Below are positions 62,601-64,000 of a DNA stretch of 64,000 bases, one piece after another. The notes beneath the pieces are model-generated. The model was not told the DNA's origin. It ran no database searches and saw nothing but the letters and a program-made list of their open reading frames with translations. Every line of letters begins with the position of its first letter. Position 1 is the stretch's first letter. Made by a program: the position numbers and the translations under genes. Source of the DNA: Macrostomum lignano (taxonomy: Eukaryota); assembly GCA_002269645.1 (NCBI GenBank), contig NIVC01000611.1, positions 159,124-223,123 of the forward strand, in the 5' to 3' direction.

Positions 62601-64000
62601 TTTTTCGACGGGAAAATCGGGTCTCTAAAGATTTCCAAAGTTAGCAGGCCTGCTTACACAAACTACAGCTGCGTGTCCCCGAAGTACATCTCCAGCGGCA
62701 ATGTTTTATCAATGTTCTTCTCCACTGATGTATCCGTGGCTAATACAGGATTTCGAATCCGATACGAGGTCATAGAAAGTCGTTAGTATTTTTTATTTCT
62801 TACGCTGTTTAATGTAAAATGCCTATCATCACAAGCAAAAAATTCAAGAATCCCTACCCTCAGGGATGGTTTAGCTTTTTGCCTTAAGTGTTAATGTCAA
62901 TAATTATAATGATGCCTACTAATGCCAAATTTTAGCGGCAAGCAAATCCTGCGGATCCGTAATCTTCAACGACTCAACGAATCGAACCGGATCGATAACT
63001 AGTCACGCCTCCTTTGGAAAAACTCCCTATTCATCAAATATGTCTGCGAGTGGATTTTGCCCGCCGTGAAGGGGCACTTCATCGAGGTGACTCTGAGGAA
63101 CATGTCTCTTGGCGGTGGCGACTGCTTTTCGTTTAGCGACTACCAACGAGTCTGCGACTGGTATTGGCTCTGTAATCCATTTGCTTACTGGGCTAGCAAC
63201 GCAAGCACTCTACTACACATAAAGTTCCAGTCCGATATGCAGTTCGAATCGAATGGATTTCTGATAGAGTTTCAGTACACATCAGGTAAGTGGTGCGTTG
63301 TCGAATGTATGAACATTTTGCACCAGCAGACGTGAAACGAGCGTATTTCCTCTTGGCCATAAATTTCTTTTTCCTCTCGTGAATAAGATATAGAACGTTA
63401 AAAACTAAAGCACCTCACATTTTTATTAGACCCCTAAAACTCCTTCACCTCTTTCCAAATCTTTCAACGTAAAGACGTACTTAATTTTTCCTGATAAATT
63501 TGCCCTACAGTGTGCACTTCACTACAGTCGCAAACTTAAAAGCCAAAATAATTCAAGTTGAAGCCGAACTTGAGTAATTCTAATGAGTTTGCTCAATAAG
63601 AATCGATGCTCGTACCTGAAGGTACATTTTAAGAACAACATGTTAGCCAATTAAATTAACATTAACTTGTAATTTTAACTACAGAATAGTACAGGAAGCC
63701 ATAGTCTCTTTTAAAGTCTTAGCCAATACGAAAGCGGTTTAAACAAAACCAATTAATAGAAAGCGAGAGACTGACTACCCCTAATGGCACAATCGCGAGC
63801 CACTCGGGACACCGGATGGCGGCTGGCTACTGGATGAACATGCAGCGCAGCTGGCAGATTGTGGCACCGCTGGGCAGACAGATTTCTGCTTGGTTCACCA
63901 ATTCATTCGTCAGCCTCGGCTCGATTAACGACACCGTCGTTCTGTACGACGGTTGGCGAAATCAACTGGCCGCTGCTGAGAGGCGGATTCTCACCTGAAG
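59644..64000 (+). CDS. Secreted/membrane multi-CUB-domain protein (cubilin-like architecture), continuing beyond the window; one apparent 1-nt deletion at ~63043
   Basis: Phase 1-1 exons, one CUB domain each: 60279-60635, ~60927-61313, 61518-61880, 61967-62332, 62416-62781, 62936-63285 and ~63760 onward. Motifs C-x-W-x-I…DxV…SxGNxLxxxFxSDxSxxxxGFxxxY. A hydrophobic signal-like exon at ~59704-59770 (PWKFFVVLVATQVCLGS). The first exon is tentative. Confidence 0.85.

Overview
Eukaryotic, metazoan, repeat-rich genomic DNA with spliceosomal introns. GC-rich Ala/Gly-run exons, short introns and minisatellite-filled introns are reminiscent of the flatworm Macrostomum; this is inference only. Five host genes could be reconstructed by hand with consistent splice phases: (1) an N-myristoylation-motif EF-hand protein of the NCS/calcineurin-B type (+, 4330-6435); (2) a secreted tyrosinase-family protein (-, 18337-14406); (3) ZNF207/BuGZ with an intron-free CDS (-, 21536-20500); (4) a GPR158/GPR179-like class C GPCR (+, from 41389); (5) a multi-CUB-domain protein (+, about 59644 to beyond the window). 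Mobile DNA includes a decayed R1/LOA-type LINE with APE-RT-RNase H, two copies of an RTE-like RT fragment, a mariner remnant, a deleted Ty3/Gypsy element and four non-autonomous TIR elements. About 15 different tandem arrays are present, plus a roughly 11.6 kb quasi-palindrome (5 kb arms, 1.3 kb spacer). The most striking cross-cutting signal is a recurrent CpA->TpA / TpG->TpA change in repeated DNA. It appears in minisatellite variants, TIR pairs, TE nonsense codons and a CpG-depleted, TpA-rich block, and resembles fungal RIP or decay of non-CpG methylation. Three host genes each carry a single 1-nt deletion, most likely long-read consensus errors. No rRNA, tRNA or CRISPR array was found.
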